Origin: the human T2T-CHM13v2.0 reference genome, Homo sapiens
Strand: one strand, 5' to 3'
DNA: 64,000 nucleotides
Assembly: GCF_009914755.1 (NCBI RefSeq)
Contig: NC_060930.1
Shown one piece after another: positions 41,097 through 59,437 of the stretch (position 1 is the first letter of the stretch; every line of letters begins with the position of its first letter). The notes beneath the pieces are model-generated. The model was not told the origin of the DNA, made no database searches, and saw nothing but the letters and a program-made list of their open reading frames with translations. The translations under genes and the position numbers were made by a program.

Positions 41097-41097
41097 C
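40970..41097. repeat. Compound (TA)n/(CA)n microsatellite
   Basis: Direct inspection. Confidence 0.97.
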
Positions 41098-42020
41098 ACA
41101 TTGACCCTTGAACGATGTGGGAGTTAGGGGCATTGACCCCCACACACTCGAAAGTCCATGTATAACTTTTGACTCCCCAAAATGTAACTACTAATAGCCT
41201 AATATTGATCAGAAGCCTTACAGTTAACATAAACAGTCAAATAACACACATTTTGTAGGTTACATGTGTTATATACTGTATTCTTCCAATAAAGTAAGCC
41301 AGAGAAAAGAAAATATTAAGAAAATCATACAGAAGGAAAACACATTTGCACCACTGTGCTGTATTTATCAATACCGTAAGTTTATGTCATCTGTTTACAA
41401 GATGCCTCATCTGTCTGAAATGGCAGCAACCACAGCTGCAGACCTCAGTGCATATCAAACAATTCAACTTTTTTCTTGTAATGTCATGACTTTTCTCTGC
41501 TTCCTGGGAACCCTTCCAGCATCCCTAGTGGTGCTTTGTATGGGTCCCCTGGTATTATTCCAGGTTTTGGTATTGCAACAAACACAATGAAAAATACATG
41601 AGAACCATAAGATCACTTTTTGCTGTGATATGCAATTTCCTGAAGAGAGGAACTGCTTGAAGGGAGATGATGAGCATCACACAGCATTTGAAGCTGATAC
41701 TCACAACACTTGAGCTCACTGCAATAGCTACAGGAGGTGGCTGCAAAATTATTATAGTAGTACAGTACATGCTACAGTTAATTTAATGCAGTTATGATTT
41801 AATACTGCATCTTTCTGTTTGTTTATATGTCTCTTGACTGAGAATGGTGCCATGTATGGTCTGTAAGTGTTTACATGCATGAGTTTTGATATATTTTAAC
41901 TTTTTATAATAGCTTTGTGTATATTTTATGGTAGTAAATGATAAAATAGAATCTACATATATTTTATATATTCGTGACATACCTAGTTTTTTCTTAATTG
42001 TTAAGCATTTCTAGGTTATG
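41098..42020. mobile_element. Tigger2-family DNA transposon (Tigger2b-like)
   Basis: ca.ttgacccttgaac...ttaggggc..tgacccc...cgaaa.tcc.tgtataacttttgactccccaaaa terminal sequence; distal end approximate. Confidence 0.75.
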
Positions 42021-42529
42021 TGCATATAACTAACATTTACATTTGAATTTTTGCAATAAGCTTGTCTTCATACCACTTCTGTAATTTTGTCATTGAAGAG
42101 TTTAAATGTAATTTTTAAAGGACTCTTCCTAGTTGCTATTTGGCAGTAGGTATTTTAAATTTATATAAGTATACCTTTTGACCCAGCAATAGGTCCAGGA
42201 CCTTATCCTTGGGAGATAACTTCACAATTTCATTGCAGCATTGTTTATAATAGCAAACCATGGGAAGCAAACTGCTACCCCTCAGGAAAGCACTGAGTAA
42301 ATTAAAAATGACATAGGTAGACCATGTGCAACATGCACAGTGGTGTATTTTAGTGGTTCATGGTGCAGCCTCTGCCATCAGACTACTGAGAGGCTTGAAT
42401 GTCAGCACTACTCCTTCTGGCTGTATAACTTCAGGTGATTAAAATGTTCTGTGCTTAAATTTCTTCATCGGTTAGAGACTTTAGGGATTTTTTTTTTTTT
42501 GTAAAGAAGAGATAAACTATTTGAAACCA

Positions 42530-44446
42530 TGTCTGGTTCCATGTAGAGTGTAGAAAGCAGGAAAAATTATTCCCCTACCCTAATAACAGAAAAATAAACT
42601 ACAAACAAAACAAAACAAAAAGACCGGATATACTACAACACGATAACTTTTCATGAACTCATCAAAGAGCTGAGGGCATGGGGCAACCAAATATCCTTAA
42701 ATCCAAGAAAAGTCAGGCTTCTCCAAGGAAAGATGGAGCACCCTCACTGATTTCTCTGTAGCAGAGACCAGGAGGAAGAGATGCTGGGACTGTACAAGTG
42801 GGTAAGAAGAATTTGGCTAAACTTTACGATTAAGAGCAAAAGCCAAGTGTGGGCTGGCACAAGAGTATAGCACCCCTGAGAACTCCACACACAAAGGGAG
42901 TTTGCACTCACATTCAGGACCTTCTACTGGGCCTCCACTGGATGCTCATGAGAAAGTCTGGAAGCAGAGCAATGAGACCAAGGGAACCTCCTTTGGTGGT
43001 GTGGACCTGAAGAATGGGAGTGGTTGTTGTTGTAGGAAATTCACAAAATCCTGACTGAACTCTCTTCTCCTATAAATATAGTTTAGGTTTCCAGGGCACT
43101 GGCAAAGTTGGGGGAGCTTGGAAAAAGGTAAAAAGAAAAGAAGTAACATCCTCTACCCCTGGAGAAGGGGAAGGAAAGAGTTCTGGGTCAAGGATCATAT
43201 ATATGACAATATGAATAGGGGTCTCCAACATGTGGGGGAGGGGCGAGGAACTGTCCTATTCAAGACCCAGCACAGATATGAGGCAGTTTGGCAGTCACTG
43301 GGAAGAAGAGCAGGATCACTGAGAAAGTCCCATTCCTAAGACCTAGGCAGACAGACTTGCCTAAGACTGAAGCTGGATCTGGACAAGAGAGAATCTCCCT
43401 TCCCTGTCTCCACCACCAAGCAAGCACCAAGTAACGAGCAACAGCAGTCTACTTCTGGGGAGAAGGCAAGAGCATGGAGATAGGCCTCCCAGTCTTTGTC
43501 ACAGACAAACTGGTAAGACTGAAAATTGAGGGTGAAGCAGGAGCTCTGAGAAAAATATCCTGGAACCCCAGCCTCCACCCTAAGCACAAAGTAATGCTAG
43601 AAAAATTAAAGTCAGTGATGTACTGAAGGTCACCATAGCAACAACAAAATTCAAACCCACCTCAATTACTAAGTAGGTTTACTCAGGAGGATGTAATATC
43701 TCATAATATAGCATTGCCAACACTAATAGGCTAGCACAGGAGGCATGCCCATTTGCAGAAATAAATACTATTTACCATAGTGTTGGTTTTTCTATACCTG
43801 ATGCCCAACATTCAATCAAAAATTAGAAGACATACATGGAAAACAAGATAAAAACAACCAAAGTCAAGAGACAATGCAATCAACACAACCAGACTCAGGA
43901 AGAACCCAGATATTAAAGCTATCAGATGAGGAATTTAAAATAACTATAATTCATATGTTAGATGCTCTAGGGGGAAAGTGTCAGCATGCATTAAGAGATG
44001 AACATTTTCAGCAAATAGATGGAAACTGTAAGAAAAAGTCAAATGAAAATACTAGGGGATTTAAAAAATATATTAAAAACACTTTTTTAAAAAAGAAAAT
44101 ACTAGGGGAAAGAAAACCATTGTGACTTAGCTGACTCTTCAGTACACTTGAGAGAACCAAGAAAAGAATCAATAAACTTGAAGATAGGATATTAGAAATT
44201 ACCCAACCAAAACACAGAGAAAACAGTTAAAAACACACACACACACACACACACACACAGAACATTGAAGAGCTGTGGAACAATATCAAACGATCTAACA
44301 ATGAGTGGTTACAATCCCAGAAGAGAGATATAATTGTTCAAAGAAATATTTACAAGGAAATTTTCAAAATTAACAAAATACATCAAACCACAGATCCAAG
44401 GAGTTCAGAGAATCCCAAGCAGAAAAATGACAAACAAATAACAACA
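42530..44446 (+). mobile_element. Ancient L1M 5' region/ORF1 remnant (continues at ~50600-50650 after the L1PA insertion)
   Basis: ORF1-like LKLSDEEFKITIIHML; cagatccaagga..tcagagaa.cccaagcag...(L1PA)...acctaggcacatc is a contiguous L1M ORF1 motif. Confidence 0.65.
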
Positions 44447-45455
44447 GCAGCAAGACGGCTGAATAGGAACAGCTCCAGTCTGCAGCTCCCAGCGTGATCG
44501 ACGCAGAAGATGGGTTATTTCTGCAATTGCAGCTGAGGTACCTGGTTCATCTCATTGAGACTGGTTGGACAGTGGGTGCAGCCAACGGAGGGCGAGCTGA
44601 AGCAGGGTGGGGCATCACCTCACCTGGAAGTGCAAGGGGTTGGGGGATTTCCCTTTCCTAGCCAAGGGAAGCTGTGACAGACTACCTGGAAAAACAGGAC
44701 ACTCCCGCCCAAATACCGTGCTTTTCCAATGGTCTTAGCAAACGGCACACCAGGAGATTATATCCTGCGCCTGGCTTGGTGCGTCCCACACCCACAGAGC
44801 CTTGCTTACTGCTAGCACAGAGTCTGAGTTGGAACTGCGAGGCTGCAGCCTGGCTGGGGGAGGGGCATCTGCCATTGCTGAGGCTTGAGTAGGTAAGAAA
44901 AAGTCAAATGAAAAGTGGCTGGGAAGCTTGAACTGGGCGGAGACCACCACAGCTCAACAAGGCCTACTGCCTCTAGACTCTACCTCTGTGGGCAGGGCAT
45001 AGCTGAACAAAAGGCAGCAGACAACTTCTGCAGACTTAAACGTCCCTGTCTCACAGCTCTGAAGAGAGCAGTGTTCTCCCAGCATGGCGTTTGAGTTCTG
45101 AGAATGGACAGACTGCCTCCTCAAGTGGGTCCCTGACCCCCGTGTAGCCTAACTGGGAGACACACCTCCCAGTAGGGCCTGACAGATACCTCATATAGGC
45201 GGCTGCCCCTCTGGGATGAAGCTTCCAGAGGAAGGATCAGGCAGCAATATTTGCTGTTCTGCAGCCTCCACTTGTGATACCCAGGATGGACCTCCAGCAA
45301 ACTCCAACAGACCTGCAGCTGAGGGACCTGACTATTAGAAGGAAAACTAACAAACAGAAAAGAATAGCATCAACATCAACAAAAAGGTCTTCTACACCAG
45401 AACTCCATCTGTAGGTCACCAACATCAAAGACCAAAGGTAGATAAAACCACAAAC

Positions 45456-46475
45456 ATGGGGAGAAACCAGAACAGAAAAGCTGAAAATTCTAAAATCAGA
45501 GTGCCTCTTCTCCTCCAAAGGATCGCAGCTCCTCACCAGCAACGGAACAAAGCTGGACGGAGAATGACTTTGATGAGTTGACAGAAGTAGGCTTCAGAAG
45601 GTCGGTAATAACAAACTCCTCCAAGCTAAAGGAGGATGTTCGAACCCATTGCAAGGAAGCTAAAAATCTTGAAAAAAGATTACATGAATGGCTAACTAGA
45701 ATCAACAGTGTAGAGAAGACCTTAAATGACCTGAAGCTGAAATCCATGGCACGAGAACTTCATGACACATGCACAAGCTTCAATAGCCGATTTGATCAAG
45801 TGGAAGAAAGGGTGTCAGCGATTGAGGATCAAACCAATGAAATAAAGTGAGAAGACAGGTTAGAGAAAAAAGAGTAAAAAGAAACAAACCAAGCCTCCAA
45901 GAAATATGGGACTATGTGAGAAGACCAAATCTACATTTGATTGGTGTACCTGAAAGTAATGGGGAGAATGGAACCAAGTTGGAAAACACTCTGCAGGATA
46001 TTATCCAGGAGAACTTCCCCAACCTAGCAAGGCAGGCCAACATTCAAATTCAGGAAATACGGAGAACACCACAAAGATACTCCTCGAGAAAAGCAACCCC
46101 AAGACACATAATTGTCAGATTCACCAAGGTTGAAATGAAGGAAAAAGTGTTAAGGGCAGCCAGAGAGAAAGGTCAGGTTACCCACAAAGGGAAGCCCATC
46201 AGACTAACAGCTGATCTCTTGGCAGAAACTCTACAAGCCAGAAGAGAGTGGGGGCCAATATTCAACATTCTTAAAGAAAAGAATTTTCAACCCAGAATTT
46301 CATATCTAGCCAAACTAAGCTTCATAAATGAAGGATAAATAAAATCCTTTACAGACAAGCAAATGCTGAGGATTTTGTCACCACCAGGCCTGCCTTACAA
46401 GGGCTCCTAAAGGAAGCACTAAACATGGAAAGAAACAATTGGTACCAGCCACTGCAAAAACATGCCAAATTGTAA
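45456..46475 (+). pseudogene. L1 ORF1p, frameshifted and stop-disrupted
   Basis: Fragments in ORFs 45578-45850 and 45847-46338 (LQEIWDYVRRPNL...ARREWGPIF); premature TAA at 46336. Confidence 0.9.
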
Positions 46476-46538
46476 AGACCATTGATGCTATGAAGAAACT
46501 GCGTCAATTAACAGGCAAAATAACCAGTGAACATCATA

Positions 46539-50359
<3,821 letters not shown>

Positions 50360-51225
50360 ACAATGAGAACACATGGACACAGGAAGGGGAACATCACACA
50401 CCAGGGTCTGTCAGGGCGGTGGGGTGCTGGGGGAGGGATAGCATTAGGAGAAATACCTAATGTAAATGACGAGTTAATGGGTGTAGCACACCAACATGGC
50501 ACATGTATACCTATGTATCAAACCTGTACGTTGTACACATGTACCCTAGAACTTAAAGTATATATACAAAAAAAAAGGCTTAGGGTAAAGTAAAAAAATA
50601 AATAAATAACAACAACAACAAAATATATACCTAGGCACATCTTATTCAATAGGTAGGTTTTAAAAATGTATGCATAGCATGGTGTCATTTGTAAAAACTA
50701 ATTGGTCTGTGTTTTGGAAAGATGATCATCAGAACATTTACAATGATTCTTTGTGTATAATGATTCTTTGTGTGTAATGATGTTTCTGCTTTGTATTTTC
50801 TATTTTCTTTATATTAAAGATGAGTAATAAAACTATTTTCAGTGACAAAAATCTGCCTACTTCTTTGAATAGGGAGAGTTTATCCCATTTACATTTGTTT
50901 TCACAAATAATGTGTTCTGATTCATTCTTCATTTTTTATTTCTTTATTTTTTATATTATATAAATTTTCTTCCTTTGAAATAGTTTTTTATATAGCTAAT
51001 TTGTAATTTGGCATCATTCACCTTTAAAAGCTTCAAGAACATCATTGAATATATATGTCTACCAATTCCAAGAATACAACATCCCAAGATTAAGAACTCT
51101 ATTGAATATCTTTGAACTAGACGACACAATAGGCTCATTTTATTTCCTGTCACCTACCCTTTCTTCCTCTCTGTTTATGTTAGATTTTGGACAATATTTA
51201 TTTTCAAGTTACTATTTTATGTTAT

Positions 51226-51762
51226 TGTGAAGTAGGTTCACTGTGCACTGGTTCCCAACTTGCCTGAGTCCAGTGAGACAGAACATGCTCACATGCAGCA
51301 AGTTATACGAAGTGAGTTTATTACTTGCAGATAGGCAGCAAGAGGCAACATAAGCCTAGGCTCCCTTGTGAGCTGGTCTCCCAGGGCTCAGGAAAGCTGC
51401 TTGGAGAGATGGAGTCTTGAAGCTACATGCTTCACTTGCACCGCAGCTGAGGGGCCCTGAAAGGCAGCCCTCCCTGGATTATATATCTCAGGGGCAATGT
51501 GTCATACTAGGCTAAAGCTTTGAAAGACATCCTGCTTCTAGGGAGAGAGGCACAAAGCCTGGGCTGTCCTGGGCAGTTCCTCCATAACTCAAGGTGTTAC
51601 AGTCTCTAGGAGGGACAGGAGCAAGGCCCAGGCTGCTTCAGGCAGTTCCCTCCATCTCAGAATACTGCATTCTCAGCACATTCTACAATTATTCTTGAGA
51701 ACCATAAGCAAAAAGCGAAGAAGGTTGGGTTAATCCAAAGCCACCAGAAGAATTGCCCTGCA
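51226..51762 (-). mobile_element. ERVL-type solo LTR (LTR53/MER74-like)
   Basis: TG...CA termini, near-TSD gttat/attat, - strand AATAAA near one end; subfamily from memory only. Confidence 0.55.
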
Positions 51763-51911
51763 ATTATATTAACATACATGTAGACCTTCAATATACATTT
51801 ATTAATATTTGATTCTATGGTTACTTAAGTTAAATGTTCACTACAGTCCTCAACTATGACTTCACTGTTTTGAGGGTTTTACAGTGTGATTAATTACTTG
51901 GTTTACTACAG

Positions 51912-52072
51912 CAGTCCTTCTCAAACCTTAATATGCATATAAATCACATGGAGATCTTGATAGATTGCAGGTTCTGATTCATAGGTCTGGGGTGAAGCCT
52001 GAGTTTCTGGTTTTCTAACAAGCTCCCAGGTGATGAGATGCTGTTGCGCCGTGGTCCATAGTTTGAGCAGCA
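51912..52072. mobile_element. MER5A DNA transposon
   Basis: cagt..ttctcaaac.tt...tgcat..aaatcac.tggag.tcttg...ggtctggggtg..gcctgag...tttctaacaagctcccaggtgatg. Confidence 0.75.
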
Positions 52073-52129
52073 AGAGGTTACTTCTCTGAGAGCTCTTCCC
52101 TCCATGAATAATACATGGACTATTTATTC

Positions 52130-52760
52130 ATGAGCCCTTGAATCTTTGAAAAGCTTTCTCTGTTCTTGACAGGTGAAAACCAGCTTGGCTATGTAAGGAA
52201 CTTTGGGTCACAAAGTTTCTCCCTCAGAATTCTACAAATGTTGGTTGCTTCACTGATTTTAGCATCTATATTATTTGAGACCAATCTATATTTCCCTTTC
52301 CAATCTCTCTCTCTCTTTTTTTTTTTTTTTTTTGGTGTATGACCTTGTTTCAGGATGTTCTTTATTTATAAATAAATTTCAACTTTGATCAGGGTATGTT
52401 CAGTGTTTGACTCTCTTCATTTTGCCCAGTACCCAGTGAGCTATTTTAATGGAAATATTTAGGTTTCTAGGACTTTTATATGTCTTTAAATATTAATTTT
52501 TATTCCATTTGTTCTGGTGTTTTCTTCATAAATACCAATTATCCACATGTTTTATCTCCATCATATGGCCATGAAATACCCCATATTCTTTTCTCCTTTT
52601 TTTGGCATTAGTTTTTTGCATTATGGCATATATTTTTTTTCTCTGGGCTCTCTTCTGTATGACTGAAATAGTTCTTGGCAGGGTTGATTCTGCTCTACTG
52701 GTTCTGATGCATTTTGAAACTTTAGTGTTATCTGTACAGCTCTAAAACACTTCTTCAGTG
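52130..52760 (-). mobile_element. Ancient L1M/HAL1-like fragment
   Basis: T-rich strand with agcttggct.tgtaa.a.t.ttgggtcaca..tttc motif. Confidence 0.4.
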
Positions 52761-53561
52761 CCCCCTTACTTCCCTTTATGGTTCTGCTTACGTCTCAACT
52801 GAATCTTCTGTTGACATGTCCTCTCACGGTTCATCTTACTTTAGGGAGATCATATTTCTAGAATGCCGTGGAGAGTAAAAAGCAGATGCTGTCTGAAATT
52901 TATTTTTTGCCAACAATATTTTTCAAAAATAGACTTCAAAAATATTTCAAAAATATTCCAGGAGTCTGGAATCTCTGAATCTTACTGGTGGGATGTCATG
53001 ATAAAGAATCTTTTCCTAGACACCATGTTAGTTTTGTTCTTGCTTACTGATTATCGTTAATCCGTCGATCCGTTTGAGGACAGCGGACAGCATTTGAGCC
53101 ACAGGCTGTGCCGCGTAGGGAACTTTGTGTCATTGCCCCTCTGTTCATAGTGAAGCCACTCTGCCTAGTAGCAGGCTTGTTGTGGCCAGGCCTCCAATCT
53201 GGCACATATGTATCTACCTGTTCAGCCTCGTTTTTCTATATAGCTTTCACTGTGTCAACAAAGACTGGCCTTTCTGTGAGCCCCCATCCAGGGATGCTGC
53301 TCCCACCAGGACCAGCAGCTTCTTGTTCAGTGTGGGGGGTCCTCTCTCTGCAGCCTCCCGCACAGTTTTACCAGGCTGCTCATCACCACAGTTAGGATCA
53401 TCTTTACACTGGGAAAAGCGTAAGTTCCTCTCCCCAGAGCCACAGAACCACAGTTCTTCACTAATTGCAGTCATCTGGACCTCTGAGTTCCTGCATTGAC
53501 CCCCAAAACAGGGATCCTGGCAGTCCACATACCTAGACTCCCTTCACCTGGAGCTTTCCAG

Positions 53562-53921
53562 GTATCTTAGTTCATTCGGGCTGCTGTAACAATACCACCA
53601 GACTGGGTGGCTTAGAAACAACAGAAAGTTATTGCTCACAGTTTTGGAGGCTGGGAAGTCCAAGGTCAAGGTGCTGGTAGATTCAGTTTCTAGGGAGGTC
53701 TTCTTGCTGTTTCACAGATGGTGCCTTCTTACTGTGTCCTCACATAGTGAAAAGGGGAAGGCAGCTCTCTGGCCTCTATTATAAGGGCACTAATCCCATT
53801 CACAAGCACTCCACCCTCATGATCTCACCACCTCCCAAAGACTCACCTCCTAATACCAGCACACTGGTGATTAGGTTTCAACATATGAATTTGGTAGGGA
53901 CACAAACATTCAGACCATAGC
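53562..53921 (-). mobile_element. MLT1A0-type LTR
   Basis: gtatcttagttcattcgggctgctgtaacaa...ggctgggaagtccaaggtcaaggtg...gacacaaacattcagaccatagc. Confidence 0.85.
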
Positions 53922-54152
53922 CCCAGGTGAGTTTCGCAGCCCACTCTTTCCTCCAGAACTCTGCCCTCCAAGCCTAGAGATTCACAGGGAACAGAACTTT
54001 GCCCATCACTTCCCGGGAGGCTGTGTCATCCCTCAAGGTGGGACTTCTTTCTGCCGTTTTAATGATTTTCTTCCTTAGATTTCTGTATAAGTAGAGGCTT
54101 TTGCTAAATTTACTTTTCTTAGGTTATTTATGTAGAATTGGTTGTGGAATTA

Positions 54153-54589
<437 letters not shown>

Positions 54590-55216
54590 TTAAACTATAT
54601 GAACCTTCCAAATTGCACATTCTAAACCTGAAAATTTAGAATTTTTATTATTTTTGCATTGTAGAGTATATGGACTGTAAACTGGACACTGCCTTCACAA
54701 TTAATCTATTTGTAAATTTATTTGCTTTAAATTAAGAAGTTTGAGCAAACTTTAATACCTTCACTAACCAGTGAAAGACTCCACAGTCCCTATTGTATTT
54801 TATTTAATAAATAGCTGATTTAGAAATATCCTACCACTTATTATATGTACACTAATTCAGAGTAAATTAACACCTGTCTCTGAAAAAAGGCAACTTCTCA
54901 GTGCTTGACATTCAAATGTCTAAAGATGCATCAGTTTATTCCTTTTTACTTCCGAAGGATACTGCATCACTCAACACATCTATTTCACTTAATGCACATA
55001 TCCAAACTTTCTTTGTTTGAGTCAAAATTTCTGGTACCAAAGACAATAAAATTAATTTCAAAGTTACTTATAAACAGAATCTCTTATGAAAAACTTACAA
55101 AAATATTTTTAAAAATTTAACAAGTATATTTTCTCTTCTTCTCTCTTTGCTGTTTAGTGAAGTTATAACTCCATAGAAATAAAAATCTTTTTTTAGAGAA
55201 TTTTAGTCCATATTTC

Positions 55217-55540
<324 letters not shown>

Positions 55541-56447
55541 TTTATTCCATATTTCATCTCCTGTGGCTATGTCTTTGTTATCTTCTTTATCTTCTCTTTT
55601 TAATCCATATGTGTAAACATAAAAGGTTAAGAAACTTTAACAACTGATTGCATTCAGGTAACAAAATCAATGTAATATCCTAAGTCTTCAGACTTACTAA
55701 TAATGGGAGAACTGTGAAGCCAAGTTCATAAAAAATCAGGTCTTGGATACCTAGTATTTACTCAGTTGTGCCTCCTTGCTCAGTGTTTAAACACAGAAGA
55801 ATCTACAGCCTCACACACCTAGGTCAGACATAATATAAAATATACCACATGCATTTAATGATGGACAAACCTCAGTGATGTAAGTATAATTTTTCTGCTC
55901 AATTAAAAAAACTCTCTGCAATTTTTCATAAACATAAATGTGATTTTTGTTGCTCCAGCCAAACCCTGACACCCACAGCAGCAACCTCCCTTTTGTATCA
56001 AAGGAAGAGTCGTGGGGTTCTGAGGTGTGTTGTGTTGCTATGTTCAGCCGAGCAGCTCCAGGGACCCCACCAGAAAGAGCTACTCGTCGGCAGTGGTAGC
56101 AGCTACCACTGCTCACATCTGTGTCACTGAGGCTGGAGTCTGGAATTTCTGAGTTACAGGGCTGTCTCTGCCAAAGACTTGCTGGCAAAGTTTTTTGTCT
56201 GCAAAATAGACACAATAATGAGGACCTCATAAGGACTTTAAGAAGTGCCCTACACCCTGGAAACTTCTGTTGGCAGAAGTGAAGGGAGAAATTAACTCTT
56301 CCCCTAGGAAAAAAAATTTTCCATAGCAGTTCTAAACTTTGTCCCTTGTGTAGGACGATAAGCAGTTTTTAAATGCAAATAAGGCTAGTGATGGAATTTT
56401 ACAGTCGAGCTCTAAAGACAAACCCAAATGGTGTCATCCTTGATATT

Positions 56448-56740
<293 letters not shown>

Positions 56741-56848
56741 CGAGATTCTCGAGTGGTCCTTCCTAGTCACACCATGGCAATCCTGTCCGGTGAGGCCAAA
56801 AGCGTGCCTGAGTTTAGCTGCAGGAGACACGGACTCTGAAGATGCTCT

Positions 56849-57159
56849 CTGTTATGGGCTATGTTGTGCCCCTCCCAAATTCAAAAGTAGAAGTCCTAAC
56901 CCCCAGGACCTCAGGTTTTCTACAGAGATAATTAAGTTAAAGGGAGACAATTAGGGTGGGTGGGTCCTCAGCCAGTATGACTGGTGTCCTTACAAGTAGG
57001 GGATTAGGACACAGAATCACAGGGGGAAGACCACATGGGGACATGGGGAGAAGATGTCATCTACAAGCCAAGGAGAGAGGCCTCAGGAGAAACCAACCCT
57101 GGTGTTTGAGCTACCCAGTCTCGCGTACTTTGTTATGGCAGCCCCAGCAAAGTAAACCA
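56849..57159 (+). mobile_element. MLT1A/B-type LTR
   Basis: tgttatgggct...gtcctaaccccca...ctacaagccaaggagagaggcctcag...ctttgttatggcagccc. Confidence 0.8.
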
Positions 57160-57311
57160 CCTCCAAATCTTCCCTCACTTGGCAATACCGAGCCTCCGAA
57201 TATCCTTCCATTTTGGAAGGAGACGTGAATCCCAGGAATGAATCATTGCTGGCTCCAACTAGATGGCTTCTGCCTAGGGATACACGGCTCTTTGAAGGAG
57301 GCGCCTTTTTT

Positions 57312-57370
57312 TGTTGTTGTTGTTTGAGACGGAGTCTCACTCTGTCCCCCAGGCTGGAGTGCAGTGGCAC
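57312..57370 (-). mobile_element. Severely 5'-truncated Alu (last ~45 nt plus tail) with TSD
   Basis: ggaggc(g/a)cctttttt flanks at 57297 and 57371. Confidence 0.85.
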
Positions 57371-59204
57371 GGAGGCACCTTTTTTCTGCTGTCCTGGTGA
57401 ACTTCCTCTTTTTATTCCCCTCTCTGCACTTTTTTAACACAACACAAGACAAGACCGAGGAGCTAAGAGAGCTCCAGCACTGTCCTGCTGTCCAGAAGGA
57501 GAACAACCTGAAGTCCTGAACTGCTCAGAACTCTCTGCCGGTGACTCTCCAGTATGTGTCTCAGAGGTCCAAGTGACACACTTTTTACACAAAGTATAGT
57601 AAAGCCATTTCTGGTAGCCACCAACTAGGCACATTCTGTGAGTTAGGCAGTTTTTGCCATTTGTAGAATAAAGGAAGTAAACCTTCCTTTGGTTCACATT
57701 TTAATCCACAGTCAGTCATGTCAGCCTTTCCTGTTCATCTAGGAAACATCTTGTCAGCTGACACTTATTCCAACATCAGGAAGCTTCTTCTGCTTTGCAC
57801 TGTGAGCTGACAGTATCTGCTTATTATATACTGTTGTTACATTTATTTGATGGGATGCTTCTCCAGATGTGGAATTATTCATTGTCAAAGGTGCTCAGCC
57901 TTGCAGATCTTGATAGTGGTTATAGTAAATGTTGTCTTCAGATTGGGAAATAATCACTTGGTCCCCCATAGTTATCAGCTGGTGATATAAGTGCCCCCCA
58001 GCCTTGTGGACTAAGGGGAATTTGCATGGCAGGCCGGCGTTTGCTCCATGGGCTGTCAGGAGCACTTCTACCCAAGCTCACACTGGGCCTCCACGCAGGA
58101 ACAAGACTCCTGACAGGGGCTCTACTGACAGGGCCCAGTCACAGCACCCACGCCTGATCTCTCAGGGCCTCCGGAGCTCCTGAACTTCTCTCTGACTCAC
58201 TTGCAGCAGCAACAATTTTGACATTATATTTTTGATATTACTTTTAAACAAGCAAACCAATTAGAATGTGCTTTGAGGATTTACTAAGCTCACAGCAAAA
58301 TCTGTTTTGTTTTCACAGCTGTGCTCACACGCTTGAATGATGCCATTTCGAGGGAGATAGCATGATGTAATGTTGACGACAGCACAATTGTCATCCTGCT
58401 AAAGAGTATTGTGAACTCAATGGAAACGAAAAGTGAGGCTTTCATCTGTAAGCTTAGATCCCATTTATGGCAATCATCTCAACCTCTGCGCAGGGCTCAC
58501 AGTGGAAATTACTACAAGCTGCCGAACACAGATGACATCATCTTGCCACCCACAAATGTTATGGGTTTGACAGCCCAGAAGATGGCATCCCCTGGGAGGA
58601 ATACAGCTCTAACTAAGTTGACAAGTTTTGTGTGTTTGAGAGGAAATAGTTTCATAAAAGTTGTTCTCCTCTCCGTTTTCTCTTTGGGTTTGGCAACTGC
58701 CACTACAATGAAATTATGGTCACGACAAGGAGCCATTAGCTTTCCCCAGAGCCATGAGCCACAGCTCCCTCTGCGTGGAACGATGTGAGTTTGCAGCCCT
58801 TTCCTGTTAGAGCTTTCACAACTTGGAGCTCTGGAGGCTGAGATTTAAACCAGTGCCTATGCTATTGTGCTGTTACTCCTTTGCACTTCTCTCTGCTGTA
58901 CTGCTAATCACCAGGGCTTTTCAGTTAGGCCACCAGAGCTCACGCATGCCACACAGCTACTGAAGTTGTCATGGATCATAAAGACAGTGTTTCCTGACTG
59001 CTAATTCTGCAACTGCTCTCCTGTGTTTGATGGAAGGCTGGACATTTTTTTTTTTTAATGCTCAAATTATCTTCCATTAAAGGACACACACCTTCTTTAC
59101 ATGACCTGGAGCTGTTTCTACCTGCAGCTCTGGAGTCACGGTCATCCCAGATATGCTATTATATCCATATTATGGAACCATGGCTTTCTAGTAATCATAA
59201 AAGT

Positions 59205-59333
59205 GGAAATAAAAGAAAAAGAGGCAGATTCCACAGAAAACAAAAAGAAAAAAGAAGAAAGAGAGAGAGAAAGAAAATGAGAGAGAAGAAAAAAGAAACG
59301 AAGAGAAAGAATGAAAGAAAGAAGAAAGAGAAA

Positions 59334-59390
<57 letters not shown>

Positions 59391-59437
59391 AAGAAAGAAA
59401 GAAAGAAAGAAAGAATGAACGGAAGGAAGGAAGGAAG
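59205..59437. repeat. GA-rich / (GAAA)n simple repeat
   Basis: Direct inspection. Confidence 0.95.

Noticed and set aside
40738-41230. ORFs with YI/HT/CV repeats
   Set aside because: Translations of the (TA)n/(CA)n microsatellite
44735-44950. 71-aa antisense ORF matching the length of L1 ORF0
   Set aside because: The length is coincidental: it starts at an upstream non-ATG codon, and the true ORF0-homologous ATG (44875) gives only 46 aa
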